Source: an uncultured Acidimicrobiaceae bacterium
Lineage (GTDB): Bacteria; Actinomycetota; Acidimicrobiia; Acidimicrobiales; RAAP-2
DNA length: 64,000 nucleotides
Assembly: GCA_963730395.1 (NCBI GenBank)
Contig: CAVSSK010000004.1
Coordinates: 194,110 to 258,109, forward strand
Reading direction: 5' to 3'
The notes under the pieces were generated by a model, which worked only from the letters and a program-made list of their open reading frames with translations, was not told the DNA's origin and made no database searches. Position numbers and translations under genes: made by a program. This document shows, one piece after another, positions 1 through 9,961 of the stretch (the stretch's first letter is position 1; every line of letters begins with the position of its first letter).

Positions 1-105
1 CCGCCTCGAGGTCGGCGCCGGGGGTCGAAGGCCGCGTATGGGCGAGCCGGGCCCGGTGGGCCGCTTCCCACCGGGCAGCCACCGAGGGCCGTCCGGGCCG
101 CATCA

Positions 106-132
106 GGCGTGCCGGGCGTGCCGGGCGTGCCG
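106..132. repeat. Three perfect tandem copies of the 9-mer ggcgtgccg, directly downstream of the stop of the minus-strand gene 135..1223
   Basis: Read directly from the sequence: ggcgtgccg ggcgtgccg ggcgtgccg. Confidence 0.8.
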
Positions 133-134
133 GC

Positions 135-1223
135 TCAGGACGGGATCGCCTTCGCTGCCGCCGGTGCTCTCGGACGCCCGAGGCGCAGCGACAGGTAGGC
201 CGCCCCGCCGAAGGGGATCGGCAGCCAGAAGTTCACCAGGCGCCAGCTGAGGACGCCCGCTGCGGCGACGCCCCCGGGGACGCCAAAGCCCTTCAACACC
301 GCAACGATCGTCAGCTCGATCACACCGAGCCCGCTGGGCGTCAACGGGATGACGGCGAGGATGTTGGCGAGCCCGTAGGCCACGAGCACGTCGACCGGTG
401 AGATGTGTGCCCCGAAGGCGAGGAGGAACACCCACAGCGAGGCGGCATCGAGCAACCAGTTGGCCGCCGCCCAGATGCCGGCCCGGGTGAGCAGCTCAGA
501 GCTGGTGAGCAGGATCTTCATGCGGTCCGCCACCTTCTGGACCAACGAGGTGACGGTCTCCGCCTTCACGAAGGGCAGGCGGTTGGCCACCTTCTGTATG
601 AAGACGGCGGCCTGCTTCTCTCCCCGCGTGAGGAGGAAGACGACCGTGCCGAAGATGGCGATCAGCAGCACGCCGAGGATGGCGGCGAAGCCGTAGAGCG
701 GGTTGTAGCCCTGCAGCGGGATGGAGATCAGCAGCGACAACCAGAAGATCAGGTTCAGCACGACCGCCGAGCCGATGCCCTGGGTGGCCAACCCGAAGGC
801 GGCGGTGCTGCCCGAGACCCCGGAGTCGGTCAGCAGCCGGTAGCTGGCGGCGGTGCCCGGCACGGTGCCGCCGGGGAGGACGTGGCTGACGGCCAGCGCC
901 CACATGTTGATGCGGAAGATGCGGAAGCGGTCGGGCGCACCCGGCGACAGCACGGTGTGGGTCAGCTCCGCATAGGCGGCGAGCGCGCCCACCTCGAGCA
1001 GCGCACCGAGGATGAGCCAGAGGAAGTTGAGGTGGCTCAGCTGGTGGAACTCGCGGCGGGCGCTGGCGAGCTCGGGCAGGAGGATGTACTCGCCCACGAA
1101 GAACAGGAAGAGGACCATCAGCGTGATCTTCACGTTGCGGGGCAGCCACCGCCGCCGGACCCTCGGCGGCGCCGGGGGTTGCGGCTCGGGCTCCCCCTGC
1201 TCGACCTGGTCCATCGGACTCAT
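135..1223 (-). CDS. Polytopic membrane protein, UPF0104 / lysylphosphatidylglycerol-synthase TM-region (flippase-like) family
   Basis: 362-aa ORF with many hydrophobic helices. The C-terminal ...YGLANILAVIPLTPSGLGVIE... segment is typical of this family. No synthase domain is present. Confidence 0.6.
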   Translation of the reverse strand: MSPMDQVEQGEPEPQPPAPPRVRRRWLPRNVKITLMVLFLFFVGEYILLPELASARREFHQLSHLNFLWLILGALLEVGALAAYAELTHTVLSPGAPDRFRIFRINMWALAVSHVLPGGTVPGTAASYRLLTDSGVSGSTAAFGLATQGIGSAVVLNLIFWLSLLISIPLQGYNPLYGFAAILGVLLIAIFGTVVFLLTRGEKQAAVFIQKVANRLPFVKAETVTSLVQKVADRMKILLTSSELLTRAGIWAAANWLLDAASLWVFLLAFGAHISPVDVLVAYGLANILAVIPLTPSGLGVIELTIVAVLKGFGVPGGVAAAGVLSWRLVNFWLPIPFGGAAYLSLRLGRPRAPAAAKAIPS

Positions 1224-1285
1224 GCTTGCACGTGGGTGGCCCGACCAACCGCCTTTTCGGAGGTCAAAGCTGCCAAGCTGGACCC

Positions 1286-2461
1286 ATGGCCGCGGAGCCT
1301 CCCGACACCTGGCGGTCGAAGCTCTCCGGCAGCGCGGGCCGCCGTGGGATCCCCCTCGGCACCATCGTGGTCTCGGTGGCGGTCGCCATCGGGCTGCTCG
1401 ACCTCAACGTCGCCCTCATCGTCGGCCTCTGGACGTTGCGCACCATCGTCGTCTATGCCGTGATCGCTTTCTTCATCACGCTCCTGTTGACCCCGGCGAC
1501 GCGCTTTCTCCGCCAGAGGGGGATGACCAACGGCGGGGCGACGCTCGTCGTCTTCCTCGTCGGCGTCATCGCGCTGATCGGCCTCGTCTACCTGTTCACG
1601 GAACCGCTCGTGACCGCCGCGGTGCACTTCGGCCAACAGGTCCCCACGCTGGTGCGCGAGGCCAAGAAGGGCCACGGGCCACTGGGCCGTCTGGTCTTCC
1701 GCCTCCACCTGCAGAAGTACCTCTCCGAGGGTTCGACGAAGCTCACCTCGCAGATCACCAAGGTGCTCAAGCCCGCCACCGCGTTCTCCGTCGGTGCGGC
1801 GGCGGTGTCGACGCTCGTCTCCATCGTCACCATCGCCATCCTCACCTTCTTCACCATGCTCGAGGCCCCGCGCATGTGGTCCGGCTTCCTCGGCCTGTTC
1901 CGGCCCACCACCGCGGACCGCCTGCGCCGGGTGGTCGACCAGTCGATCCGCTCCGTGACCGGCTACATGCTGGGCAACTTCTTGACCTCGGTGATCGCCG
2001 GGGTGATCGTGGCGATCACGCTGACCATCCTCGGCGTGCCCTTCGCCCTGCTGCTGGGCGTCTTCGTCGCCCTGGTCGACCTGTTGCCCCTGGTGGGCGG
2101 TCTGCTGGCCGGGGTGCCCGTGGTCGTCATCGCCGCCATCCACTCCGTCCCGGCGGGGATCGTCATGCTGGTCGTGTTCCTCGTGTACCAGCAGATCGAG
2201 AACCACGTGCTCAACCCGATCATCATGAGCAAGACGGTCCAGCTCAATCCGTTCTGGGTGCTCGTGGCGGTGCTCGTGGGCGCCACGCTCGGGGGCCGGG
2301 TCGCCGGCGGGCTCGGGACCTTCGTCGGGGCGTTGGTGGGGATCCCCTTCGGCGGCGCCGTGCAGGTGATCGTGCGGGAGCTGCGCAAGGGCCCCGACGC
2401 GGTGGTGGGCGAGTCCGAGCTGCACGGGCCGCTCACGGCGACGGACCCGGCGGACATCTGA
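1286..2461 (+). CDS. AI-2E family transporter (PerM/UPF0118)
   Basis: Multi-TM ORF with the family motif ...VFLVYQQIENHVLNPIIMSKTVQLNPFWVLVAVL... I prefer the ATG at 1286 over the track start 1226, which abuts the divergent gene. Confidence 0.8.
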   Translation: MAAEPPDTWRSKLSGSAGRRGIPLGTIVVSVAVAIGLLDLNVALIVGLWTLRTIVVYAVIAFFITLLLTPATRFLRQRGMTNGGATLVVFLVGVIALIGLVYLFTEPLVTAAVHFGQQVPTLVREAKKGHGPLGRLVFRLHLQKYLSEGSTKLTSQITKVLKPATAFSVGAAAVSTLVSIVTIAILTFFTMLEAPRMWSGFLGLFRPTTADRLRRVVDQSIRSVTGYMLGNFLTSVIAGVIVAITLTILGVPFALLLGVFVALVDLLPLVGGLLAGVPVVVIAAIHSVPAGIVMLVVFLVYQQIENHVLNPIIMSKTVQLNPFWVLVAVLVGATLGGRVAGGLGTFVGALVGIPFGGAVQVIVRELRKGPDAVVGESELHGPLTATDPADI

Positions 2462-2617
2462 CCGGCCCGGCCGCGGGCCGGGAGGGACACCGCCTTTGCG
2501 CTCCGGGCGCTGACCCGTCCCCGTCGGACGAAGGCCCTGGCCACGGGCGGAAGCAGGGCCGGCCGCCGCACCGACCGGCGCCGGGGCCGGGGCGGCGCCA
2601 CCCCCTAGAATGCCCCC

Positions 2618-3469
2618 ATGCGACCGCTGGTGGTCATCCCGACCTATAACGAGTCGGAGAACATCGAGCGGATGCTGGGAAGGATCCGCCAGTGCCTGCC
2701 GGAGGCCGGCGTGCTCGTCGTCGACGACGGCAGCCCCGACGGGACGGCCGAGCTGGTGCGCAAGGTCGGCGCCGAGCTGCCCGACGTGCACCTGCTGGCC
2801 CGCTCCGCCAAGTCGGGCCTCGGGAGCGCGTACCGGGCGGGCTTCGCCTGGGGACTCGAGCGGGGCTACGACGCCTTCGTCGAGATCGACGCCGACTTCT
2901 CGCACGACCCCGCGGCCCTGCCGTCGCTGGTGGCACCGCTCGAAGAGGGCTTCGACGTCTCCATCGGCTCGCGCTACGTCGCCGGCGGCTCCATCCCCAA
3001 TTGGGCCTGGCATCGCCATCTGCTCTCGCGCGGCGGCAACATCTACGCATCGGCGGTCCTCGGGCTCGGCGTGGCCGACTCGACGGCGGGGTACCGGGCC
3101 TACTCGGCCGGTATCCTGCGCCGGCTCGACCTCGAGCGGATCCGGGCCGAGGGCTACGGCTTCCAGATCGAGATGACCTACCGGGCCAAGCAGCACGGCG
3201 CCGCCGTCACCGAGGTGCCGATCAGCTTCGTCGACCGGGAGGCCGGCGAGTCCAAGATGTCGTCGATCATCGTCGTCGAGGCCCTGGCGCTCGTGACCTG
3301 GTGGGGCCTGGGCCGGCTGCTGCGGGGCGCGCTCCGGGGGATCCGTCGCACGCAGACGGCGCCCGACGCGGGACCGCCGGCCGCGCACCCGGGGCGCGAC
3401 GGCCATGGGGCTGCCGAGGCGGAGGCCCACACCTACGCGGCCGCCGAGGATCCCGTCCGCTTCCCATGA
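2618..3469 (+). CDS. Polyprenol-phosphate mannosyltransferase (GT2, Ppm1/DPM1-like)
   Basis: N-terminus MRPLVVIPTYNESENIERML...VLVVDDGSPDGT and ...DADFSHDP... are GT2/DPM1 signatures. Confidence 0.8.
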   Translation: MRPLVVIPTYNESENIERMLGRIRQCLPEAGVLVVDDGSPDGTAELVRKVGAELPDVHLLARSAKSGLGSAYRAGFAWGLERGYDAFVEIDADFSHDPAALPSLVAPLEEGFDVSIGSRYVAGGSIPNWAWHRHLLSRGGNIYASAVLGLGVADSTAGYRAYSAGILRRLDLERIRAEGYGFQIEMTYRAKQHGAAVTEVPISFVDREAGESKMSSIIVVEALALVTWWGLGRLLRGALRGIRRTQTAPDAGPPAAHPGRDGHGAAEAEAHTYAAAEDPVRFP

Positions 3470-3496
3470 CCCCGCACGCCCGGACGGTGCGCTGAC

Positions 3497-4201
3497 GTGA
3501 CGATCGAGGCGCCGGCGCCGCGCATCCTCGTCGTCGACGACGAGCCGAACATCGCCGAGCTGCTCTCGGCCGCGCTGTCCTTCGAGGGCTACCAGGTCGG
3601 CGTGGCATCCACCGGGGCGGAGGCGCTCGAACAGGTGCGCACGTTCCGCCCCCACCTGGTGATGCTCGACGTGATGCTGCCCGACTTCGACGGCAACGAG
3701 GTCTGCCGGCGCATGCGCAACCAGGGGGAGCAGATGCCGGTCGTGTTCCTCACGGCGCGTGACACGACCCAGGACAAGGTCGAGGGCCTCAGCATGGGCG
3801 ACGACTACGTGACGAAGCCCTTCAGCATCGAGGAGCTCATGGCGCGCGTCGGGGCCATCCTGCGCCGGGCCGGCGAGGTGGTGGCCGCCGACGTGGCCGT
3901 CATGCAGTTCGCCGACCTCGTGATGAACGTCGACACCCACGAGGTGTGGCGTGACGAGCAGGCGATCGACCTGACGGCCACCGAGTTCAACCTCCTGCGC
4001 TACCTGCTGGAGAACGCCCGGCGCGTGATCTCCAAGTCCGAGCTGCTCGACAACGTCTGGGGGTTCGAGTTCCGCGGCGACCCCAACATCGTCGAGACGT
4101 ACATCAGCTACCTGCGCAAGAAGATCGACGTGACCGAGCCGGCGCTGATCCACACGATACGGCGCGTCGGCTACACGCTCCGCCTGCCCCGAGAAGGATG
4201 A
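3497..4201 (+). CDS. OmpR-family response regulator (REC plus winged-helix)
   Basis: ILVVDDEPNIAELL...MLDVMLPDFDG receiver motifs and a C-terminal ...LTATEFNLLRYLLEN...IRRVGYTL wHTH. The stop overlaps the start of the kinase gene. Confidence 0.9.
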   Translation: MTIEAPAPRILVVDDEPNIAELLSAALSFEGYQVGVASTGAEALEQVRTFRPHLVMLDVMLPDFDGNEVCRRMRNQGEQMPVVFLTARDTTQDKVEGLSMGDDYVTKPFSIEELMARVGAILRRAGEVVAADVAVMQFADLVMNVDTHEVWRDEQAIDLTATEFNLLRYLLENARRVISKSELLDNVWGFEFRGDPNIVETYISYLRKKIDVTEPALIHTIRRVGYTLRLPREG

Positions 4202-5700
4202 GCCTCCAGAAGCGGCTGGTGGCTGTCGTGGCCCTGCTGCTGGTGCTCGGGCTGGTGGTGGCGGACGTGGTGACGTACGCCTCGGTCCGCTCCTTCCTCT
4301 ACGGCCAGGCCGACAACACGCTGGCCCAGAACGAGGCGCTCGGCTTCAACTTCCTCACCTACGCCGCCGCCCGGAGCGTGCCGGTCACCGAGTCCGAGCT
4401 CTCGCGGCGGGTCTCCTCCGACGTCTACCTCGTGCTCCTCGACCGCAGCGACCTGGTGCTCCTGCGCCGCCCGTCGGGGTCGACGACCCGGCCCGACCCC
4501 GCGCCCATCCTGACCCAGAGCATCCCGGTGCAGCAGGTCCCCGACATCTACAAGCGCGTCCGCGTCGGGCGCTACGCCGGCACGTTCCGCCCCGACGCCG
4601 ACGCGGTGGTCCTCCGCAGCGCGGGCGACCCCGACGGGGAGTACCGCGCCCTCGCCGTCACCGTCCCCCAGGGGACGCTCGTCACCGCCATCTCGCTCAA
4701 CCCGACGAACGACACGCTGAACTCACTGCGCCGGGTGGAGGTGCTCGCCAGCCTGGCCGTGCTCCTGGCCATGGGCGTGTTGGTCATGGTCGTGGTGCGC
4801 CGCGGCCTGCGGCCCCTGCGCCAGATGGCGGGCACCGCCGACGCCATCGCCTCGGGCGACCTGGCCCGCCGTGTGCCAGAGCAGCGACCCGAGACCGAGG
4901 TGGGGCGCCTCGGGGTGGCCCTCAACGAGATGCTGGCCCAGATCGAGGGCGCCTTCGCGGAGAAGTCGGCGTCCGAGGAACGCCTGCGCCAGTTCGTCGC
5001 CGACGCGTCGCACGAGCTGCGCACGCCGCTGACCTCCATCCGGGGCTACGCCGAGCTGCTGGGGCGCGGCGGGTTCGCCGACGAGGCCGGGCGTCGCAAG
5101 GCGCTCAAGCGGATAGAGGAGGAGGCGACCCGGATGGGCGGCCTGGTCGAGGACCTCCTCCTGCTGGCCGAGCTCGACCGGGGCCGGCCGCTCCGGGCGG
5201 AACCGGTGGACCTGCAGCGCATCTGCGCCGACGCCGTGGGCGACTCCAACGCGGTGGCCCACGGCCATCATCTGGTCCTCGAGCCCGGAGCGCCCGTGGT
5301 CGTGCTCGGTGACGGCGAGCGCCTGGCCCAGGTGGCGCACAACCTGGTGCGCAACGCCCTGGCCCACACGCCACCGGGCACCGAGGTCAGCGTGTCGACG
5401 GGGGTGGCGGCCACCATGGGGTACATCCAGGTCTCCGACAACGGGCCGGGCATCCCACGCGCCGAGGTCGCCCGCGTCTTCGACCGCTTCTACCAGAGCG
5501 ACCCGTCGCGCTCGGCCACGGGAACCGGGCTCGGCCTGGCCATCGTCCGGGCCATCGCGGAGGCACTCCACGGGACGGCCGAGGTGCTGCCCACCGAGGG
5601 CACCGGGGCGACCCTGGTGGTCAAGATCCCGCTGGCGTCCACCCATGTCGCGGCGGCGGTCGCCGGGCCCAGGCCGGTCCGCTCACCGCAGCTGCACTGA
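4198..5700 (+). CDS. Sensor histidine kinase (2 TM, HAMP, HisKA, HATPase)
   Basis: H-box FVADASHELRTPLTSIRGY, N-box VRNALAHTP, G-boxes DNGPGI and GTGLGLAIV. ATGA overlap with the regulator gene. Confidence 0.9.
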   Translation: MSLQKRLVAVVALLLVLGLVVADVVTYASVRSFLYGQADNTLAQNEALGFNFLTYAAARSVPVTESELSRRVSSDVYLVLLDRSDLVLLRRPSGSTTRPDPAPILTQSIPVQQVPDIYKRVRVGRYAGTFRPDADAVVLRSAGDPDGEYRALAVTVPQGTLVTAISLNPTNDTLNSLRRVEVLASLAVLLAMGVLVMVVVRRGLRPLRQMAGTADAIASGDLARRVPEQRPETEVGRLGVALNEMLAQIEGAFAEKSASEERLRQFVADASHELRTPLTSIRGYAELLGRGGFADEAGRRKALKRIEEEATRMGGLVEDLLLLAELDRGRPLRAEPVDLQRICADAVGDSNAVAHGHHLVLEPGAPVVVLGDGERLAQVAHNLVRNALAHTPPGTEVSVSTGVAATMGYIQVSDNGPGIPRAEVARVFDRFYQSDPSRSATGTGLGLAIVRAIAEALHGTAEVLPTEGTGATLVVKIPLASTHVAAAVAGPRPVRSPQLH

Positions 5701-6963
5701 GGCGCCCGGGACGACGGCGTCGAGGACCGTCGCCAGCTTCACGTTCGTCTCGGCGCTCTCGGCATCGGGGTCCGAGCCGGCCACGATGCCCGAGCCGGCG
5801 CGCAACGTGACCTCGGCCCCGTCGCCGTGGAGCCGTGCGCTGCGGATGCCGATCATCCACTCGCCCTCGCCGCCGGCGTCGACCCATCCCACCGGCCCGG
5901 CCCAGTAGCCCCGGGCGCCGGCCTCGCCGCGGGCGATGAAGGCGAGCGCGTCGGCCCGGGGGGTGCCCCCGACGGCGGGGGTGGGATGCAGGCGCTCGAG
6001 GAGGTCGAGGACCCCGACCGGCCGGGCCAACCGGCCCTCGATCCGCGTGCCGAGGTGGGCCACGGAGCGGAAGGCGACCATGGACGGCTCGTCGGGCACC
6101 GCGAGGTCGTCGCAGTAGGGGGCGAGGGTGGCCGCGATCTCGTCGACCACGTAGCGGTGCTCCTCGCGGCTCTTGTCCGACCGGGCCAGGTCGCGCTGGG
6201 CGTCGGCGTCGGCCCGCGCCGTGTCGCCGCGGCGCACGGTGCCGGCCAGGGGATGGCACGACACGCGCCCGCCGTGGCGGGCCACCAGCAATTCGGGGCT
6301 GGCGCCGAAGAAGGCCCCGTCGGGCACCGGCATGCAGAACACGGTGCAGTTGGGCTCCCCCGTCCGGAGCCGGCGCAACACGGCCGAGAGCGGGAGCGCC
6401 CCGTCGAGCTCCACGCTGATCGGCCGCGACAGGACCACCTTGCGCAGCGAGGCTCCGGGCGCGCGCAGCACCGCCACGGCCTCGGCGACGAGGTGGCCGT
6501 AGGCGCCCGAGCTCATGGGGGTGGTCAGGCGGGCCACGGCGGGATCGGTGCTGACCTCCGGGGTGGTGCCGTACTGCCAGATCACGGCGTCGAAGAGCTC
6601 CGCGGTCCCGGGGAGCGTCATGTCCGTCGGCCCGACCGCAGTCGCCCAGCGCCGGGTGACGCCGTCGGCGTCGCGCTCGATCCCCATGGAGAAGCGAGGG
6701 ATGACGAGCTGCCCGGCCATGGCGTCGTCGAAGGGGAGCGCGCCCAGCGCCACGACGCCCGAGCCGGGGCGGCCGACGGGGTCGTCACAGGGGATCGCGG
6801 CCAGTGCGGTGGCGGCCTCGGACGCATCGACCAGCTGGGCCGTGCCCCAGCCGACCAGGGTGAGCCCGGGGCGGTCGAAGAGCACCGTCGGGCTGCCGTC
6901 GAACTGCAGCGCGTCGGGCCCGTACTCGAGGGGGACGGTCCGCGCGTGCAGCGCAGCAGTCAC
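5683..6963 (-). CDS. menF: Isochorismate synthase (chorismate-binding enzyme)
   Basis: C-terminal ...[11 protein letters not shown]...[23 protein letters not shown]... chorismate-binding motifs. I place the start at the GTG at 6963, which overlaps the menG stop (GTGA). The 524-aa track ORF over-extends into menG. Confidence 0.75.
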   Translation of the reverse strand: MTAALHARTVPLEYGPDALQFDGSPTVLFDRPGLTLVGWGTAQLVDASEAATALAAIPCDDPVGRPGSGVVALGALPFDDAMAGQLVIPRFSMGIERDADGVTRRWATAVGPTDMTLPGTAELFDAVIWQYGTTPEVSTDPAVARLTTPMSSGAYGHLVAEAVAVLRAPGASLRKVVLSRPISVELDGALPLSAVLRRLRTGEPNCTVFCMPVPDGAFFGASPELLVARHGGRVSCHPLAGTVRRGDTARADADAQRDLARSDKSREEHRYVVDEIAATLAPYCDDLAVPDEPSMVAFRSVAHLGTRIEGRLARPVGVLDLLERLHPTPAVGGTPRADALAFIARGEAGARGYWAGPVGWVDAGGEGEWMIGIRSARLHGDGAEVTLRAGSGIVAGSDPDAESAETNVKLATVLDAVVPGASVQLR

Positions 6964-7688
6964 GGTGCGCCGGCGCGCGTGGCCAGCACGAGCTGGCTCA
7001 GGCCGCCCGCCAGGGCCCGGATGCCGACGGCGGAGAACCCGGCGGCGAGCAGCATCCGGCGCAGGTCGGCGGCCGGCGGGAGATAGGCCACGGACCGGGG
7101 CAGGTAGCGGTAGGCCTCGCGGTCCGAGAGGGCGCCGCCCAGCGCGGGCACCGCCTTGTTGAACCAGACGTCGTAGCCGGCGCGCCACAGGCGGGCCGTG
7201 GGGGCGTCGACCTCGAGCACCGCCAGCCGCCCGCCGGCGCGGAGCACCCGGGCGCACTCGGCCAAGGTGGTGGCCAGATCGGTGAAGTTGCGCAGCGCGT
7301 AGCCGCAGACGAGACCGTCGAAGGCGCCCGCGGCGAAAGGGAGTCGGCTGCCGTCGGCCTCGACCAGCGGGGTCGAGGCGACGTTGGCCGACAGCATGCC
7401 CGCGCTGAGGTCGGCGCCGACCACCCGGTAGCCCCGGCGGAGCCCGAGACGGGAAAGGTCGCCGGTCCCGCAGGCCAGGTCGAGGACGAGGGAGCCCTCG
7501 GGGAGCGCCAGCGAGGCCACGGCACCGCGGCGCCAGGCCTGGTCGAGCCCGAAGGTCATGAGGCGGTTCATGAGGTCGTAGCGCGGCGCGATGGTGTCGA
7601 ACATGGCGCGCACGTGCGCCGTCTTCTCGTCACCGGTGGGCAGCGGCGCCGACCCGGGACCGGCTGCGCCGTTCCGGCGTCGTCGCAC
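6960..7688 (-). CDS. menG: Demethylmenaquinone / ubiquinone methyltransferase (UbiE/MenG)
   Basis: ...[26 protein letters not shown]...[11 protein letters not shown]...YALRNFTD... Start is tentatively the GTG at 7688. The track ORF 6960..8162 fuses it artefactually to the upstream gene. Confidence 0.75.
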   Translation of the reverse strand: MRRRRNGAAGPGSAPLPTGDEKTAHVRAMFDTIAPRYDLMNRLMTFGLDQAWRRGAVASLALPEGSLVLDLACGTGDLSRLGLRRGYRVVGADLSAGMLSANVASTPLVEADGSRLPFAAGAFDGLVCGYALRNFTDLATTLAECARVLRAGGRLAVLEVDAPTARLWRAGYDVWFNKAVPALGGALSDREAYRYLPRSVAYLPPAADLRRMLLAAGFSAVGIRALAGGLSQLVLATRAGAP

Positions 7689-7705
7689 GATGGTGCCGGT
7701 GGGTG

Positions 7706-8162
7706 TCAGCGGTAGTAGCGGTAGACCACTTGGGCGACGCAGGCCGGCTTGGGCGCGTCCTTGACCTCCATGACGAGGTCGTAGGTCACCTGCACGCCAC
7801 CCTCGACCTCGTCGACACCGGCCACCGTGACACCCATGCGCAGGTCGGCACCGACGGGCACCGGCGAGGGGAAGCGGACCTTGTTGCAGCCGTAGTTGAC
7901 GCCGAACTTCGTGTTCTCGACGCGTGATCACTCTGTTCAGCAGGACCGGGGCCAGCGAGAGAGTGAGGTAGCCGTGGGCGATGGCGACGCCGAACGGTCC
8001 CTCCTTGGCGCGCTCGGGGTCGACGTGGATCCACTGGTGGTCGTCGGTGGCATCGGCGAAGAGGTTCACCCGCTCCTGGGTGATCGTCTGCCACTCGGAG
8101 TGGCCGAGGTCCTTGCCGACGAGCTCGTGGAAGGCGTCGACGCCGTCGACGGTGGTGGTCAT
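7706..8162 (-). pseudogene. MaoC-like (R)-specific enoyl-CoA hydratase (hot-dog fold), reading frame broken near 7922
   Basis: The N-terminal part MTTTVDGV...[35 protein letters not shown] is in one frame. I translated the C-terminal part [71 protein letters not shown] in the +1 frame, with its stop at 7706-7708. Confidence 0.7.
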
Positions 8163-8241
8163 GCGTGTGCTCCTCGCTGGTCAGGGTTTGTTCCGCAGAG
8201 GGACGCTACCCGCCCGTGGGCACCTCACTACGCTGACGCCG

Positions 8242-8964
8242 GTGAGCCACGCGCACGAGCACGACGCCGAGCCGGTGCACCAACACCGCGACCTCCGAGG
8301 TGGGGGTGCCAGGGCGGCCGTCTTCGGCATCAGCGACGGGCTCGTGACCAACGTCTCCCTGGTCCTGGGCGTGGCCGGTGCGAACCCCGGCGGGTCCTTC
8401 GTGCGCCTGGCCGGGGTGGCCGGGCTGATCGCCGGCTCCTTCTCCATGGCGGCCGGCGAGTACGTCTCCATGTCCGCACAGCGCGAACTGATGGAGCGGG
8501 AGCTCGAGGTGGAGCGGCGGTCGCTCCGTCGCAGCCCCGAGGGCGAGGCCGCCGAGCTCCGGAGCATGTACGTGCAGCGCGGCATCGACCCGGCGGTGGC
8601 CAGCGACATGGTGAACGAGGTGATGCAGGACCCCGAGCTCGCCCTCGAGACCCACGCCCGCGAGGAGCTCGGGATCACCACGCAGAATCTCGGCAACCCG
8701 TGGCAGGCCGCCCTCGCCTCCTTCGTCACCTTCGCACTGGGCGCGTTCATCCCGCTGGCGCCCTGGCTGTTCACCTCGGGGACCCTGGCCATCGTGCTGT
8801 CGGTGGTGCTGGGGGCGCTGGCCTCGCTCGCCGTCGGGGCGGTGCTGGCCCGCTTCACCGAGCGACCGCTGGTGCCCTCCGCGCTGCGCCAGCTCGCCGT
8901 GACCGCGGTGGCCGCCTCGTTCACCTACGCGGTGGGCCGCGCCATCGGCACCGGGGTCAGCTGA
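8242..8964 (+). CDS. VIT1/CCC1-family iron/manganese transporter
   Basis: ...AAVFGISDGLVTNVSLVLGVAG...FSMAAGEYVSMSAQRE... plus C-terminal TM helices. The start is uncertain (GTG 8242 or upstream). Confidence 0.75.
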   Translation: MSHAHEHDAEPVHQHRDLRGGGARAAVFGISDGLVTNVSLVLGVAGANPGGSFVRLAGVAGLIAGSFSMAAGEYVSMSAQRELMERELEVERRSLRRSPEGEAAELRSMYVQRGIDPAVASDMVNEVMQDPELALETHAREELGITTQNLGNPWQAALASFVTFALGAFIPLAPWLFTSGTLAIVLSVVLGALASLAVGAVLARFTERPLVPSALRQLAVTAVAASFTYAVGRAIGTGVS

Positions 8965-9931
8965 TCGGGGCCGTCGCCCCGGCGTCAGGACCGTGCGGCC
9001 GGGCCGGGCCGCGCCGGTAGGACCGGTCGACGTGGTCGACGGTGAACCCGAGCGACCGGTAGAGCGAGATGGCCGCCTCGTTGGTGGCGTCGGTGTAGAG
9101 CATCCCCACCGCGATGCCGCGCCGCCACAGTGACTCGAGCCCGGCCACGGTGAGGGATCGCCCCCAGCCCTGGCCGTGGTGGCGCGGGTCCACGGCGATC
9201 ACGTAGATCTCCCCGAGCACGGGGGTGTGGTCACGGTGGACCTTGGTCCAGCACGACCCGATGAGCCCCGGCCCGTCCGGGTCGTCGGCGACGAGAAACC
9301 CCTCGAGGTCGACCCAGTCGGCGGCCATGCGCTCGCGCAGGTCCTCGTCCGTCCAGCCGCCCTGCTCGGGGTGCCCGTGGAAGGCCCGGTTGTTGGCATC
9401 GAGCCAGGCGGCCTCGTCGCGGCCGGGCACGAAGGGCCGGGTGACCAGGGGCCGGGTGGCCTGCTCGACGTCGGCCGCCAGGGGGAGGGGGACGCGCATC
9501 TGCAGGACGTCGCGCTCGGGAGCGAATCCGTGCGCACGGGCGCGGTCGTCGTCGTCGGGCCCGGCCTGCATGGCCCAGAGGTGGACCGGGGCGCTCGGGG
9601 GGGCCTCGGCCACGGCGCGCCCGATGAGGGCGGACACGAGGTCGTCGGAGCCGTGGCCGCGGACGTCGGGATCGACGACCACGTGCAAGACGGTGGAGCC
9701 GTCCTTGGCCGGCGAGAGCACGGCGCACCCGGCGACCCCGTGGCCGGCCCGCGCCAGGACGATGCGCTCCGTGGCCCGTACGGCGTCGAGCCGCGTCAGG
9801 TCACGCAGCTGCGGCTCGGGGAGTGCGGGATGGCCGTCGGCCGCGTCGGCCCGGGCGAGGAGCGCGGCGAGAGCGGCCCTGTCCCCGTCGCTCTGGTCGC
9901 CGAGGTCGACAACGGACAGCTGCACGTCCAC
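8957..9931 (-). CDS. mshD: Mycothiol synthase (two tandem GNAT domains)
   Basis: The last ~324 aa of track ORF 8957..10870 form two GNAT halves: ...VVVDPDVRGHGSDDL... and ...IYVIAVDPRHHGQGWGRSLTVAGL...YTDATNEAAISLYRSLGF. Start is the GTG at 9931. Confidence 0.75.
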   Translation of the reverse strand: MDVQLSVVDLGDQSDGDRAALAALLARADAADGHPALPEPQLRDLTRLDAVRATERIVLARAGHGVAGCAVLSPAKDGSTVLHVVVDPDVRGHGSDDLVSALIGRAVAEAPPSAPVHLWAMQAGPDDDDRARAHGFAPERDVLQMRVPLPLAADVEQATRPLVTRPFVPGRDEAAWLDANNRAFHGHPEQGGWTDEDLRERMAADWVDLEGFLVADDPDGPGLIGSCWTKVHRDHTPVLGEIYVIAVDPRHHGQGWGRSLTVAGLESLWRRGIAVGMLYTDATNEAAISLYRSLGFTVDHVDRSYRRGPARPHGPDAGATAPIS

Positions 9932-9961
9932 GCGGCCAACGTAACCCGATAGCGTGAACCG

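Noticed and set aside
1220-4153. 977-aa minus-strand ORF, and similar very long ORFs (53240..57061 at 1273 aa, 56623..58722, 59447..61717, 11617..13419, 18050..19600, 19456..21129, 52018..53610)
   Set aside because: They lie antisense or out of frame to well-supported conserved genes (ppm1/RR, polA, rpsA, hisD, trpE, menC). Their translations are Arg/Gly/Pro/His-rich with no recognisable motifs. This is the typical open-frame artefact of very high GC.
8162-8242. Mn/metal riboswitch (yybP-ykoY-like) upstream of the VIT1 transporter
   Set aside because: The spacer is only ~80 nt and I see none of the conserved riboswitch core sequences.
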